The notes below the pieces were generated by a model. That model was not told the DNA's origin, searched no databases, and saw only the letters and a program-made list of their open reading frames with translations. Both the position numbers and the translations under genes were made by a program. A stretch of 63,993 nucleotides of DNA, counting the filler, from a bacterium (GTDB lineage Bacteria; JALSQH01), in assembly GCA_027004335.1 (NCBI GenBank). It is 12 parts of 12 records of this genome, joined end to end, with 100 filler letters (N's around TTAATTAATTAA, not from the genome) between each part and the next. Parts side by side here need not be neighbours in the genome. Positions count along the whole stretch, not along the records: positions 51,372 to 55,909 come from JALTID010000058.1; positions 56,010 to 60,539 come from JALTID010000060.1; positions 60,640 to 63,993 come from JALTID010000130.1; 9 more parts are not named here. One strand, 5' to 3'. Every line of letters begins with the position of its first letter. Positions within the stretch are counted from its first letter, which is position 1. Shown here piece by piece: positions 53,397 through 63,976 of the stretch.

Positions 53397-53800
53397 AAGT
53401 ATAAATAGGTAGCAATCAATGCTAACGGAAAATCAGTTATAAAAATCACTAAATAAGAAAAATATTTCTCCGTGAAAATAAAAAATAATACGCCAAAAAT
53501 AGAACTGGTATATTTTGAAACAATAAGAACAGGGAGCAAGCAGAAATTCTTTTTAGGATTAAAATAAATTGCAAGAGAGATATAGGTGATCATAACCATC
53601 ATGCTGTTGGCTAGATTAAGGTAGAATCTCTCTTTAAAAGGGGGAGAAGGAGAAAGTCCGAACAAGCTTCCAAGCTGGTTCATCACATTATAAAGTTCTG
53701 GAGAAGCAAAGAGAAAAATCAGATCAGTTACTATGAACGCTATTGCGTAAAGTAACATTACAATCCGTAGAATTTTTTCACCTTTCTCCCATTTACTCAT
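53369..53800 (-). CDS. hypothetical membrane protein (about 4 TM)
   Basis: Hydrophobic 143-aa ORF overlapping both neighbours. Confidence 0.65.
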   Translation of the reverse strand: MSKWEKGEKILRIVMLLYAIAFIVTDLIFLFASPELYNVMNQLGSLFGLSPSPPFKERFYLNLANSMMVMITYISLAIYFNPKKNFCLLPVLIVSKYTSSIFGVLFFIFTEKYFSYLVIFITDFPLALIATYLYLWLRKEVRE

Positions 53801-55909
53801 TTTAGTACTCCATGAATAATCTGGATTTTATGATATCCCGTAAGGTTTGTGATTTCCACTTTATTTCCCTCAAATAATCCATTCAAAGGACTTCCCTCTG
53901 TGAGATCAGTCACTTTTGCATCTCCAGAGTAGTATGGAAGAATCAAATCAAACTTCTTTATAACAAATCCCTTTGGGATATCAATTGTCAAAATTCCTTT
54001 CCCTCTGTCTCCCTGAAAAGCTATAGTTACACCATTGTAATATGAAGATGAAAACGAGCCAAATAAAAATGCTTCAGCATCAAGCTCCTTCTCCACATCC
54101 TTAAGGGTAATCATCCCTGTAACATCAATAAAAGTCTGAGGAATGGTATGGAGATAGAGAATTGAACCTGCCCTGGCAAAGTGTGGAATAACATCAAGGG
54201 GAGCAAGATAACCACCAAGAAGATGAGGCCCTTTAATAATTTCCTCTGTGTAAAAATCATACCATGTTCCCTTTGGTAGATAAATACTCACCCTATCAGT
54301 ATCATCCACAACAGGTGCCACCAGGATGGTATCACCAAAAAGGTACTCAAAGGGATATTTCCATGTTTCTTCGTTATTCTTGTATTCCATACTTATACTT
54401 TTAACCATAGGATAACCCTCGTGAGCTTTAAGAGCAGCAGAATAAATATAGGGAAACATCTTTACATACAACTGTGTATATTTTCTAAAAATATCTATGA
54501 GTTTTGTATCATAAACCACCCAGGGGCGCCTATCTCCAGCACCACCGTACTGAAAAATAGGGGAAAAAGCACCAAACTCAATCCATCTTGCCATTACATC
54601 TGCTTCGGGAGTACCACCTCTATAACCTCCTATATCTGAACCAAAATAGGGGAAACCAACAATATTCAAATTTATACTGGCAAGGACCGCCGCTTTCAAT
54701 CCTCCTACATTTCCCGGGGGGGTCCCATCAGGAGCAGAATGACCCCAATTAGCAGTACTCCAGGAAAAATCATTGTCAAGATCACCGGGCCATATAGCCG
54801 TTACATTCTGCTGATCCCCTATGGTACCGGTTCTTGCAATAAGAAAACAATCTAAGCCATGAATCGCTTGACATGCATCCATGGCATTTTTATGGTAAAG
54901 GTACTTGTAATAAGCATGCATCTGGGTTTCATTCTCACCGTTATAAAAGTCATATATAAACATATGAGCAATAGAACCTCTGCTCAGAGAAAGATAAGGG
55001 ATCACATCCTCACCATAGTCAAGTTTAAAACCATATCCTCCAGCCATAAGAGGTTTTTCAACAAGGCTGCGCCACCATTTTGAAGCTTCGGGGTTGGTGA
55101 AATCTAAGATCGCACCATTCCCCCTACCCCATGGAAGAATCAACGGTCCTCCAGCACTATTCTTAACAAAAAAATTATGTTTTACACCATAATCAAAATA
55201 TGGCTTGGTAGCAGGATCCTTAGAAGGGTTGTTTATATGCTCCGTGATCCAGTTAAATGTGAGCACACCTTTATTTCTCATTCTTGTTATCATCCCCCAT
55301 GGATCGGGAAATTGGACAGGATTGTAATCATAAGTATTGTGACCCGTTTCCCATGGAGCATCTATCCATACGACAGAAAGTGGGATATCCAGTTCTCTTA
55401 ACTTGTTAATATCATCCATGATTTCATCTTCGTTATCATACTCATCCCTCCACCAGAGAATGCCAAATCCCCATTCCGGGGGAAGAGCAGGTTTGCCTGT
55501 AATTTCTATATACTTTTTGATAATCTCATATGGGTCCTCCTCTAAAAAGATATATCCTTTTAATTCATTAGTGTAAAACTGAAACTTTATTGTAGAGGGA
55601 TCACTGTACCCCACATCCCACTCTCCCTCCGAATATGAATCTATAAAAAAACCATATCCCCTGCTGGAAATATAAAAGGGAATAGGTAGATGTACTTCAT
55701 TTAAACCAGATTTACTCCATGGTGCTATCTCAAGCTGCATCGGCCTCTGAAACCCAGTATTTTCCACAGAATCAAAATTTTCACCAAAACCCCAGATGTG
55801 TTCCCCTGCCCTGAGGTTTATATCTCCTATGAGATATCTCTTCTCCACATCAAGATCATCAAAAGGGGAAGATTTTACATTAAATTGGATCTCATCATCT
55901 GAATAAGAA
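53797..55909 (-). CDS. glycoside hydrolase family 31, 5'-truncated
   Basis: LPPEWGFG, WIDAPW, FKLDYGE, WPGD, GSDIGGY, RWIEFGAFSP, YLPKGTWYDF. Confidence 0.92.
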
Positions 55910-56009
55910 NNNNNNNNNNNNNNNNNNNNNNNNNNNNNNNNNNNNNNNNNNNNTTAATTAATTAANNNNNNNNNNNNNNNNNNNNNNNNNNNNNNNNNNN
56001 NNNNNNNNN

Positions 56010-56810
56010 ACCCATCCGTTTGATTCACGCTTTTTAGGACATAGTGTTAAAAATCTTGATGGAATTTGTTTTACAGGTGGTAGTGCCATGGGACTCGCCT
56101 CTGGAACAGGAGTTCAGAAATTTCTTATTGAAAAGGAGAAAGGTCTCAGAATAAGGGACAAAGTAATAGTTCCCATTATACCGACTGCCGCTATTTTTGA
56201 TCTTTTTTATAAAAAAAGTACCTACCCTGGGGAAAAAGAAGGTTATATTGCAGCAAAAAAAGCTAATGTGGAGTTTGAAACGGGGTCAGTTGGTGCAGGG
56301 ACGGGGGCTACTGTAGGAAAAATCTTCGGCTATGAACATGCAACCAAAGGTGGTCTGGGTGCGTCCTTTTTTTCTGGGGAATTTTTTATCCTCGTACTTG
56401 TTGTTGTGAATAATTTCGGGAGCGTTTACAACAGGGAGGGTTCCATAATTGCGGGAGTGAGGGATAGAGAAGGTTTTATTAATCTTAGAGAATTAAATTT
56501 TTCTTCTTCTCCTTTTGAGAGTACTAATCTGATACTCATGGTGACTGATGCTAATCTTGATAGCAATGAGATGATTATAGCAGGGAGGATTGCCGCAAAT
56601 GCTTTTGGAAGATTTTTCTTTCCCCCCAACTCCTCGGTGGACGGGGATATACTGGTTGTGGTTTCTATAGGTGATAAAAAGATTCTGCCTGATCTTGTTG
56701 GCATAAAGACGATTGAAGTGATTGGAGATGCGGTTGAAGATGCAATTTTTTCAGCGGAAGGTGATAGTAATATTCCATCCGCACGGAGTTTTTTAAAGAA
56801 TGGGAATTAA
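56010..56810 (+). CDS. P1/DmpA (S58)-family peptidase, 5'-truncated
   Basis: TGGSAMGLA, VPIIPTAAIFDL, GSVGAGTGA, KGGLG, DGD. Confidence 0.88.
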   Translation, partial: THPFDSRFLGHSVKNLDGICFTGGSAMGLASGTGVQKFLIEKEKGLRIRDKVIVPIIPTAAIFDLFYKKSTYPGEKEGYIAAKKANVEFETGSVGAGTGATVGKIFGYEHATKGGLGASFFSGEFFILVLVVVNNFGSVYNREGSIIAGVRDREGFINLRELNFSSSPFESTNLILMVTDANLDSNEMIIAGRIAANAFGRFFFPPNSSVDGDILVVVSIGDKKILPDLVGIKTIEVIGDAVEDAIFSAEGDSNIPSARSFLKNGN

Positions 56811-57377
56811 TGAAAGAAGAAATTTGCTTTTAAAACTTCTTTCCAGTGATGATCAGGAAACTGCTAGGAAAGCGGCTCAGGCTCTTGAATATCTTGAGGC
56901 GAAACTTTCTCTTCCCTCGGTGATCGATTCCCTGAAAANNNNNNNNNNAAGGCAGAGAGGCTTCAGGCTATCTATTCGCTGGGTAAAATCGGTGGCGAAA
57001 AAGCAATCTCTGCGCTTTATTCTTTGTGGAATCCCCCTTCCCCTGTTGATGAGAGAGCTGCTGCTGCGAGAGCTCTTTCTGAAATCTCTGATCCCAGGGT
57101 GATGAAAGTTTTCTGGAATGTTTTCCGAGCAGAGAGGGATGTAGTGGTAAAAATTGAATTACTAAAACTTGTTAAAAGGTGGAGAGACAGAAGAGGGGTA
57201 AGTCTTCTACTTAAGGAACTTTCCACGCAGGAGGTTGCCTATCTTATTGAGTTGGTTGAATTGTTGGGCCTTCTTGGTGATACAAGAGCAGAGCCTTTTC
57301 TCATGAAGTTTTCTCTTTCCAAGCATAAGGCCTTGAGATTAGCAGCTATTGAATCACTGGGAATGCTTGATGCTTAG
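56800..57377 (+). CDS. HEAT-repeat protein (one gene across the N-gap at 56939-56948)
   Basis: Post-gap frame KAERLQAIYSLGKIGG joins ORF 57024-57377; repeated R..A..ALG motifs. Confidence 0.75.
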
Positions 57378-58708
57378 ATATATCTGGTTACTTCTATATT
57401 GAGCAGTATAGGATTAACGAGAGAAATGATCCCTCTTTTTTGATTTTCTCTTTTATTTGAAAGATCAGCTTGCACAGGTTTTTTTAAGTACTTTCCATCT
57501 TTTCCCATTATAATTTTAACCTGAGGTGTTACAGGGCTTGTCCTGTTTAAACTTGTGACAAGAGCAATTTCTCCACTTCTTAATCTCACACAGGACCCCA
57601 CGGGGTAGATGCCAAGCATCTGAACAAATACTTCCAGATACTTTGGATGCAGTGCTTTTCCTTTTAGCTTGCCAATCATAATCTCAAGAGCTTCCTTTGG
57701 ATCAAATCTTCGCTGATAGGGTCTCAGTGTTGTCAAGGAATCATAGGTATCAGAAATTGTAATGAGGTGAGTTCCTTCCAGAAGGTTTCTATTATTTAAT
57801 CTCGGGTAACCTGACTTATCATATCTAACATGATGTTGAAGTACCATCATTGAGATTTCTACTCTAAAGCGATTCATTTCCTGAATGATCTTTGCACCGT
57901 CTGAGGGGTGCTTTTTCATAATTTCCCACTCTTCCGGGGTTAATTTCCCTGGTTTATTTATTATCTCAATGGGGGTTTTTGTCTTCCCAATGTCATGAAG
58001 TAATCCTGCTATTCCAATATCTTCCGCACCTTGCCATCCAAGCTCTCTTGCAAGAGCGAGGGAAAGAATCCCCACATTGACTGAGTGATTAAAAGTATAA
58101 TTATCATAATCTGAAAGCATCGTTAGTGCTATTAAGGCACTTTCATCTCTTTTTAATATCCTATCAAAGGAAGTCACAATGCTTTCTGCCACTTCCATTC
58201 TTGGTACTTTTCCCAGTCGTATTTCGTTCATCGCCTCCACAATATACTTCTTTGCATGTGCATAAACTCTTTTTCCTTTCTTTTTTATGTCTCGTTCTTT
58301 TTCTATTATTTCAATGTATTTTATTCCGTGATCTATGAGGAAATCGTCTATGTTCACATTTTTGAATTCCTCATCCCCCATTGCTAAAAGGTAAAAAAGA
58401 ATTTTAATCTCTTCAATAGTTATCCCTTTGAAGAAGATAAGTTCACCAATTTTTTTCTCGTCAAGAAGCTCAAGAAGCTTCTCAGCATTTGGGGTTGATT
58501 CAAAGAAAGGTGTGTTTTCTATAACCAGAGTATCTTCAATAAGGGCTATTCTCAGAGAGGGGTTTTCATTTAAAAATTTAATGAGAAGGGAGTGAATATT
58601 GTAAAGAGGTTTTTCTTTTGCAGGATGTCCATCTGGATAATAATTTAATCCTTTTATTGCAGAAACGGAGTTATTGATGAGTTCTATAAAGAGTGCCTTA
58701 TTGTTCAT
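57374..58708 (-). CDS. HD-GYP cyclic-dinucleotide phosphodiesterase with uncharacterised N-terminal domain
   Basis: YTFNHSVNV, LLHDIGK, NKPGKLT, HHVRYDKSGYP, D.YDSLT..RPY. Confidence 0.92.
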   Translation of the reverse strand: MNNKALFIELINNSVSAIKGLNYYPDGHPAKEKPLYNIHSLLIKFLNENPSLRIALIEDTLVIENTPFFESTPNAEKLLELLDEKKIGELIFFKGITIEEIKILFYLLAMGDEEFKNVNIDDFLIDHGIKYIEIIEKERDIKKKGKRVYAHAKKYIVEAMNEIRLGKVPRMEVAESIVTSFDRILKRDESALIALTMLSDYDNYTFNHSVNVGILSLALARELGWQGAEDIGIAGLLHDIGKTKTPIEIINKPGKLTPEEWEIMKKHPSDGAKIIQEMNRFRVEISMMVLQHHVRYDKSGYPRLNNRNLLEGTHLITISDTYDSLTTLRPYQRRFDPKEALEIMIGKLKGKALHPKYLEVFVQMLGIYPVGSCVRLRSGEIALVTSLNRTSPVTPQVKIIMGKDGKYLKKPVQADLSNKRENQKRGIISLVNPILLNIEVTRYI

Positions 58709-60188
58709 GGCTCAATAGAGATTCTATAATTTTTTTTAAATTACCTCTGGCAGTTTTATTCAACTCTAAGAGTATTTTTGTTCCTCCTGTACCCATTTTA
58801 TTCAAACTCTGAATTGCATCAATAGCAACTTCTTTAGGCTTGCCTGTTGCCGAGGTGTTTTTAATAATGAGTTTTTTTAAATAATTACTTATCCTTTCCT
58901 TATCAGGAAGATATGAGAGGTTAGACAGGAGAAGTTCTTTTATTTCTTTATTTTTTTCTTTTTCAAATAACTCAATGGTGAAATCAGTTACTTCTTTTTC
59001 TCTTATTAGTTTAAGTGCATTAGCTATAATTTTTTTTGTTTCTTTGTCACCCTTTTTGTAGAGTCCTTTTAATTTCTTAATGCTCTTACCCTGTGAAATT
59101 TTGGCATAGGCTCTTATAGCTTCTCTTTTTACCCTTATGTCAGGGTACTGGAGGAAAATTTCTATGTATGGTAATGATTCTGGATCCTCTATTTCTCCAA
59201 TTATAAGTAGTATGTTTCTCAGAATGTACCATCTCTTGTCATCTAAAAGTCTATAAAGATAGTCCAGGATGGATTTTCCCATTCTTGCAGAGAGCTGTAT
59301 CAGTTTTCTTCTCTCAACTTTATCTTCATTTTCAATAAGTTCCCTCAAAATGAAGGGATAAGAAATTCTCCCAGCCTGCTGGAAAATTAAGATGATTTCC
59401 CTTGCTCGTATGAGGGGTGATGCAAGATACTCCTGGATCAGGAAGTTCAGTACCTCTCTGTTGATAAGTGAAAGTATTGTTTTTCTAGTAAGCTCTCTGC
59501 TTTCATCTGAGACGAATGGAGAAGAAGCAATATGGCTGAGAACTTCAAGAGCAGATAAAAGCTGGTACCATTGTTTCTCTTCTATAAAAGGATATGCAAG
59601 ATTTCTTATCCTCTTAAGAACTGTTTTGAATTGGGGGGTATCAACATAACTCTCAACCTCAGTCAGTATCCTCTGAAGTTCTGAAAATTCAGGTGATTCG
59701 GCTTTTGGCATGTTTACGACAGCATTAAAATTAACAGGAGGTCCCTGTTCCTTTAACTCTTTTCTAAGAGAAAAGTCAATTTCATTTATCCATATATTTT
59801 GCACCTTATACTGTATGAGAATCTTATCAATTCCACCTGCTTTTTCCACAGAGTCAATGTCCATTGAAATGGCAATGAGAAAAGATTTTAGTTCCTGTGG
59901 GGTTATTCCGGGGAGAAAAAAGAGTTTCTTTATTCTTCTCTTGAAGAGCTCGTAAGCAAGTGGGCTCAGGGTAGGATGATTTTCAATGATTTCTCCTGCA
60001 ATGGTGAAAGAATTACGAGATATCTCAATTTCAATGATCTTATCATATTTTTTTATCAGATTATCAACTGTTGAGAAAAGACTTTCTGCAGCAGAAGATG
60101 TAGCAGGATGAGAGACAGGGTAAAAACTGAACAACCTTAATGCCCTGTTTAATCCAGTTAAAAGATTTTCAAATTCTTTTCTTTCCAC
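58698..60188 (-). CDS. HEAT-repeat protein with the same N-terminal domain
   Basis: YPVSHPA..LFFLPGITPQEL; LDDKRWYILRN, DIRVKREAIRA repeats. Confidence 0.85.
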   Translation of the reverse strand: MERKEFENLLTGLNRALRLFSFYPVSHPATSSAAESLFSTVDNLIKKYDKIIEIEISRNSFTIAGEIIENHPTLSPLAYELFKRRIKKLFFLPGITPQELKSFLIAISMDIDSVEKAGGIDKILIQYKVQNIWINEIDFSLRKELKEQGPPVNFNAVVNMPKAESPEFSELQRILTEVESYVDTPQFKTVLKRIRNLAYPFIEEKQWYQLLSALEVLSHIASSPFVSDESRELTRKTILSLINREVLNFLIQEYLASPLIRAREIILIFQQAGRISYPFILRELIENEDKVERRKLIQLSARMGKSILDYLYRLLDDKRWYILRNILLIIGEIEDPESLPYIEIFLQYPDIRVKREAIRAYAKISQGKSIKKLKGLYKKGDKETKKIIANALKLIREKEVTDFTIELFEKEKNKEIKELLLSNLSYLPDKERISNYLKKLIIKNTSATGKPKEVAIDAIQSLNKMGTGGTKILLELNKTARGNLKKIIESLLSHEQ

Positions 60189-60202
60189 TTGACGCCTTAT
60201 AT

Positions 60203-60539
60203 TTATTTGTCATCATCGTCATCTATTTTTCCAATGGGTGGAGAAGCATCTTCGCTCCCCTTAACATATTCCCAGAGAATTCTGCCAAGCCCCGGTGCCT
60301 GATCAGGTAAGTCAAAATTTAATTTTTTGCTTTCCTCAGATCCTGGAGCATCTTCAGGAACGAGGGAAAAGGGGATTTGAGATGGTAGGTGGTTGTAAGG
60401 AGTCAAGTTGGCGTTCATGGTAAAGGCGTCATACATTGGAGCTGCAAGCTGGTCATATCTGCTCATGGGAGGAATACCCAGGATTAATTCTGTAGTGTGA
60501 TGGATGCTCGGGATACTGTAATGAACATGAGACACATAG
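60203..60539 (-). CDS. C-terminus of a phosphoesterase (YncE/alkaline phosphatase-type) protein
   Basis: SI..T.ELILGIPPMSRYD..A.PMYDAF..PY motif. Confidence 0.65.
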
Positions 60540-60639
60540 NNNNNNNNNNNNNNNNNNNNNNNNNNNNNNNNNNNNNNNNNNNNTTAATTAATTAANNNNN
60601 NNNNNNNNNNNNNNNNNNNNNNNNNNNNNNNNNNNNNNN

Positions 60640-60926
60640 GCTTTATCAAAAGAGGGTCTTTTCCCCTTTCTGCAATTCCCATAAAGGGTGAATTGTGACA
60701 CAATCAGGAATTCACCCTCTGTTTCTCTTATGCTCAGGTTCATTTTACCATCTTTATCTTCAAAGATCCTGAGACCCGAAATCTTTTCCACAAGCCAGTC
60801 TGCAAATTCTTCTCTATCACCTTTTTTTATCCCTAAAAAAACACACATCCCTTTACCTATCTTACCCACCACCTCTTCATCCACCTTCACACTGCATCTC
60901 TCCACTCTCTGTATAAGCACCAGCAT
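60640..60926 (-). CDS. dtd: D-aminoacyl-tRNA deacylase, 3'-truncated
   Basis: QRV, LRIFED..GKMNLS, SQFTL, GKRPSF. Confidence 0.95.
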
Positions 60927-62477
60927 CTAATACTCCTTAAGGGCAAGTGAATTTAAAAAGAGATCCTGAAAATTCTCTTCAAGAGAAAGTTCCAGATATT
61001 CAACTTCCTCTGCAATTTTTTCTGGTAATTCTAAATCCCCATTTTCAAGCACCCTGCGAATCCCCCTTATTACACCATCTCCAACAAACTTTATTCTATC
61101 CCCAATTTTCTCAGGGACCATATTCACCCCAGTTAAACCCTCCTCAGTTAAATAACTACCAAAGGCGCCGGCAACAATTACCTCATGAATCTCATCCCAC
61201 TGAAGTCCAAGTTTATTCATTAATACTTCAATCCCTGCTCTTATTGCCCCCTTTGCAAGCTGGAATTCCCTGATATCCTTCTGGGTTAAATAAATCTCCC
61301 TCTTTGCATCCCTGTAAAGAATAAAAACTCTCTCTCCATTTTTCTCTACCACCCTGTTAAAAAGCGGGGAATCTATCTCAGCTGGTGAACAGATTGCCCC
61401 ATCAGGGTCAACCACCCCTTCCTTAACCATAAGGGCAACTGCATCCATTATCCCAGAGCCACATATTCCCTCCGGTGGTTTATCACCAATTACATCCAAT
61501 CTAAGTCTCTCATCTTCCATCCACACCCTTTCAATTGCCCCTTCTCCAGCTCTCATCCCGAATTTTATGTTTCCCCCTTCAAAAGCCGGACCTGCAGATG
61601 CAGCAGTGGCAAGAAATTCCCTCTCATTCTGTACAACTATTTCACCATTGGTGCCAATATCAAGGATAACTCTTTTAGCAGATGAAGAGAAGGGATCAAT
61701 ATCTACAAGAAGGGCCACTGTATCACCACCTACATAGGACCCGATCAGTGGAAAAAAATATACCTTTTCTACTGAATCAAGAAATAAATCCCTTCCTTCC
61801 ATCTCAAAACCATTTTTGAAGGATAACTTAAAGGGAAAAGTAGTAAGGGGAAGAGGATTATTACCTGAAAAAATATGTTCCATAATTGAATTTCCTGCCA
61901 CTGCGAGGAGTTTTATTTTATCAACTCCTGAAATTCTTTTTACCTCCTCTATCTCCCTACTAATCTTATCTGCTACTTTCTTTTGCAATAATCTGAGATT
62001 TTCTTCTTTATCACCTATAAAGGTAGCTCTACTTATCACATCCGCCCCGTAATTTGATTGAGGATTTAAAAAAGAAGAAGAGTAAAAAACTTCACCCCCT
62101 TCTTCTGGAAGAAAATTAAGCACTATTGAAGTAGTACCCAGGTCCATTCCTCCTGTAACAACATCTACTACAGCTTCTTCTATATGGGTAACTTTTCTCT
62201 CTTTAACAGGTGGGAGTTCCACTTCCACGACACCAGAAATTGCTCTTTTCCTGCAGGCAAGGATATAACCACCTTTCAGTCTCTCTTCAGGAATAAGTTT
62301 CCTGTCACTTTCCACTATCTCCACATTCCCCCTTACCCTTATCTGACACTTCCCACAATTACCCAATCCAGCACAGGGCAGAGGAATACCATACCCCACA
62401 CTTCCAAGAAGTTCAGCCAGACTCCATCTACCATCAGGGAAACTATACTCCTTCCCCTGAACTCTGACTTTTATCAC
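60927..62477 (-). CDS. RACo/ASKHA-domain protein with N-terminal [2Fe-2S] domain
   Basis: CAGLGNCGKC..LAC, DLGTT, NPQ..GADVISR, YVGGD, DIGTNGE, AGPAFEG, GICGSG, QLAKGA, AGAFG. Confidence 0.9.
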   Translation of the reverse strand: MIKVRVQGKEYSFPDGRWSLAELLGSVGYGIPLPCAGLGNCGKCQIRVRGNVEIVESDRKLIPEERLKGGYILACRKRAISGVVEVELPPVKERKVTHIEEAVVDVVTGGMDLGTTSIVLNFLPEEGGEVFYSSSFLNPQSNYGADVISRATFIGDKEENLRLLQKKVADKISREIEEVKRISGVDKIKLLAVAGNSIMEHIFSGNNPLPLTTFPFKLSFKNGFEMEGRDLFLDSVEKVYFFPLIGSYVGGDTVALLVDIDPFSSSAKRVILDIGTNGEIVVQNEREFLATAASAGPAFEGGNIKFGMRAGEGAIERVWMEDERLRLDVIGDKPPEGICGSGIMDAVALMVKEGVVDPDGAICSPAEIDSPLFNRVVEKNGERVFILYRDAKREIYLTQKDIREFQLAKGAIRAGIEVLMNKLGLQWDEIHEVIVAGAFGSYLTEEGLTGVNMVPEKIGDRIKFVGDGVIRGIRRVLENGDLELPEKIAEEVEYLELSLEENFQDLFLNSLALKEY

Positions 62478-63976
62478 TTAGAAACACCTCCGGGAAGGAA
62501 ACTAAAGACATATTTCAGGTCAGAGTCTGTAAATGTGATACCCGCTCCCATAAAATAAATTGGGGGCTCTTTATAGTTCATGAAATCGCTGCTCCCCCCC
62601 ACAAGGTAGAAGTATCTCCATGGCCAGAAAGCTAACCTTCCTCTCAAATATGGATTTGTGGATCTTCCAAAATCAAAAGCTTCCAAAGTAAACTGCAGGT
62701 GCCTATTTAAGAACGAGTAATCAAATCCGATCCCTCCTTTATTCTGTATTATCCCTCCCCTTAATGTTAGGGACCCAAAATGCCTTGCATATTCAAGGTT
62801 TACTTTTAGTTTATTTTCCCTTATATATTCTCTTGTAGTTTTTTCAGTGGAAGCCCCACCACTTTCAGTTATAACTGTTTCTTCCTTCCATGTTGTCCTA
62901 CCAGTGGGATCATCCACAATGCCAAAGATATAACTCTTCTTCTTATCTGGATCAAAGGAAAAATTAAAATAACTCTTCCACCCCGCTTCGGCGGACCTAT
63001 TAAGCTGATACTCACCCTGATAATCTATTCTCACAGCAATAGCATTTATCTTATCAAGAATCGTATTCACCTTCTTAACAGAAGTATTTATTCTATTGAT
63101 TGTGGTTTCATCAGTTAAGAGTTTTCCAATAGTGCCTTTACCCTTATTCAATTTCTGGAGGACCTCTTTAAGGTTTTTCAAAGCAGGCTCAATATCTTCC
63201 ATTGATTGTTTCAGGTCTGCAAGTGACTTATTAATATCCTGACTGCTCTTTTTGAGCACATTCCCGAGGTTTGTAACTATTTCATTATACTTGTTAACTA
63301 TTACTGGAAGATCACGTTTAACCTGATAAGATATATCTTTAAAATTTTTGAGGGCAGGAACAACTTCCCCATTTACCACTCTAACCTTTTTGTTTAAGTC
63401 CTGGATAAAATTATTCAGGTTAATTACTGATAGGCGCACATTATCCACGATGGAGGCTAACTTTTTCTGATTACTTTTTCCTGCAAACACACTGGAGAGA
63501 GAGCTTGCAATTTTCCCAAGTCTGAGGGTAACCACACTCAATTCATTTATCATCTTCTCAAAATCAGGAGGACTCATGCTCTTCTTAATTGTTTCTCCAT
63601 CAGAGAGGAAAACCTCAGGACCCTGATTTTTGATCTCAATGTACTTTTCCCCCAGTATCCCTTTTGTCCTTATTATTGCCACTGCGTTTTTTTTAATCTT
63701 GATTCTGGAAAAAATTTTTAATTTTACCCTAGCCCTGTTACTTACCAGAGATACCTTAACAACTTTTCCCACTTTAATCCCGGCTATTGCAATAGCAGCT
63801 TCAGGTGAAAGCCCCTCAACATTATCAAAATAGGCATAAAGAATATATCCCTTTCTCTCACTCCATTTCCATCCGGTGAGTTTTATCGCAACAAAAATCA
63901 GGAGGATCATTATTATTGCGGAAAAAAAGCCAACCTTGGCTTCAGTAGAAAGAACCTGTTTTTTATATTCACTCAA
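62474..63976 (-). CDS. mlaD: long MlaD/MCE protein with helical stalk and beta-rich C-terminus
   Basis: EAKVG + TM, GL..AGIKVGKV, GILGEKYIEI, coiled coils, GKGTIGKLL; amphipathic strands at the end. Confidence 0.9.
   Translation of the reverse strand: MSEYKKQVLSTEAKVGFFSAIIMILLIFVAIKLTGWKWSERKGYILYAYFDNVEGLSPEAAIAIAGIKVGKVVKVSLVSNRARVKLKIFSRIKIKKNAVAIIRTKGILGEKYIEIKNQGPEVFLSDGETIKKSMSPPDFEKMINELSVVTLRLGKIASSLSSVFAGKSNQKKLASIVDNVRLSVINLNNFIQDLNKKVRVVNGEVVPALKNFKDISYQVKRDLPVIVNKYNEIVTNLGNVLKKSSQDINKSLADLKQSMEDIEPALKNLKEVLQKLNKGKGTIGKLLTDETTINRINTSVKKVNTILDKINAIAVRIDYQGEYQLNRSAEAGWKSYFNFSFDPDKKKSYIFGIVDDPTGRTTWKEETVITESGGASTEKTTREYIRENKLKVNLEYARHFGSLTLRGGIIQNKGGIGFDYSFLNRHLQFTLEAFDFGRSTNPYLRGRLAFWPWRYFYLVGGSSDFMNYKEPPIYFMGAGITFTDSDLKYVFSFLPGGVSK

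Noticed and set aside
233..63833. Many short antisense or nested ORFs in the six-frame track
   Set aside because: Shadows of confidently identified genes, with no recognisable motifs
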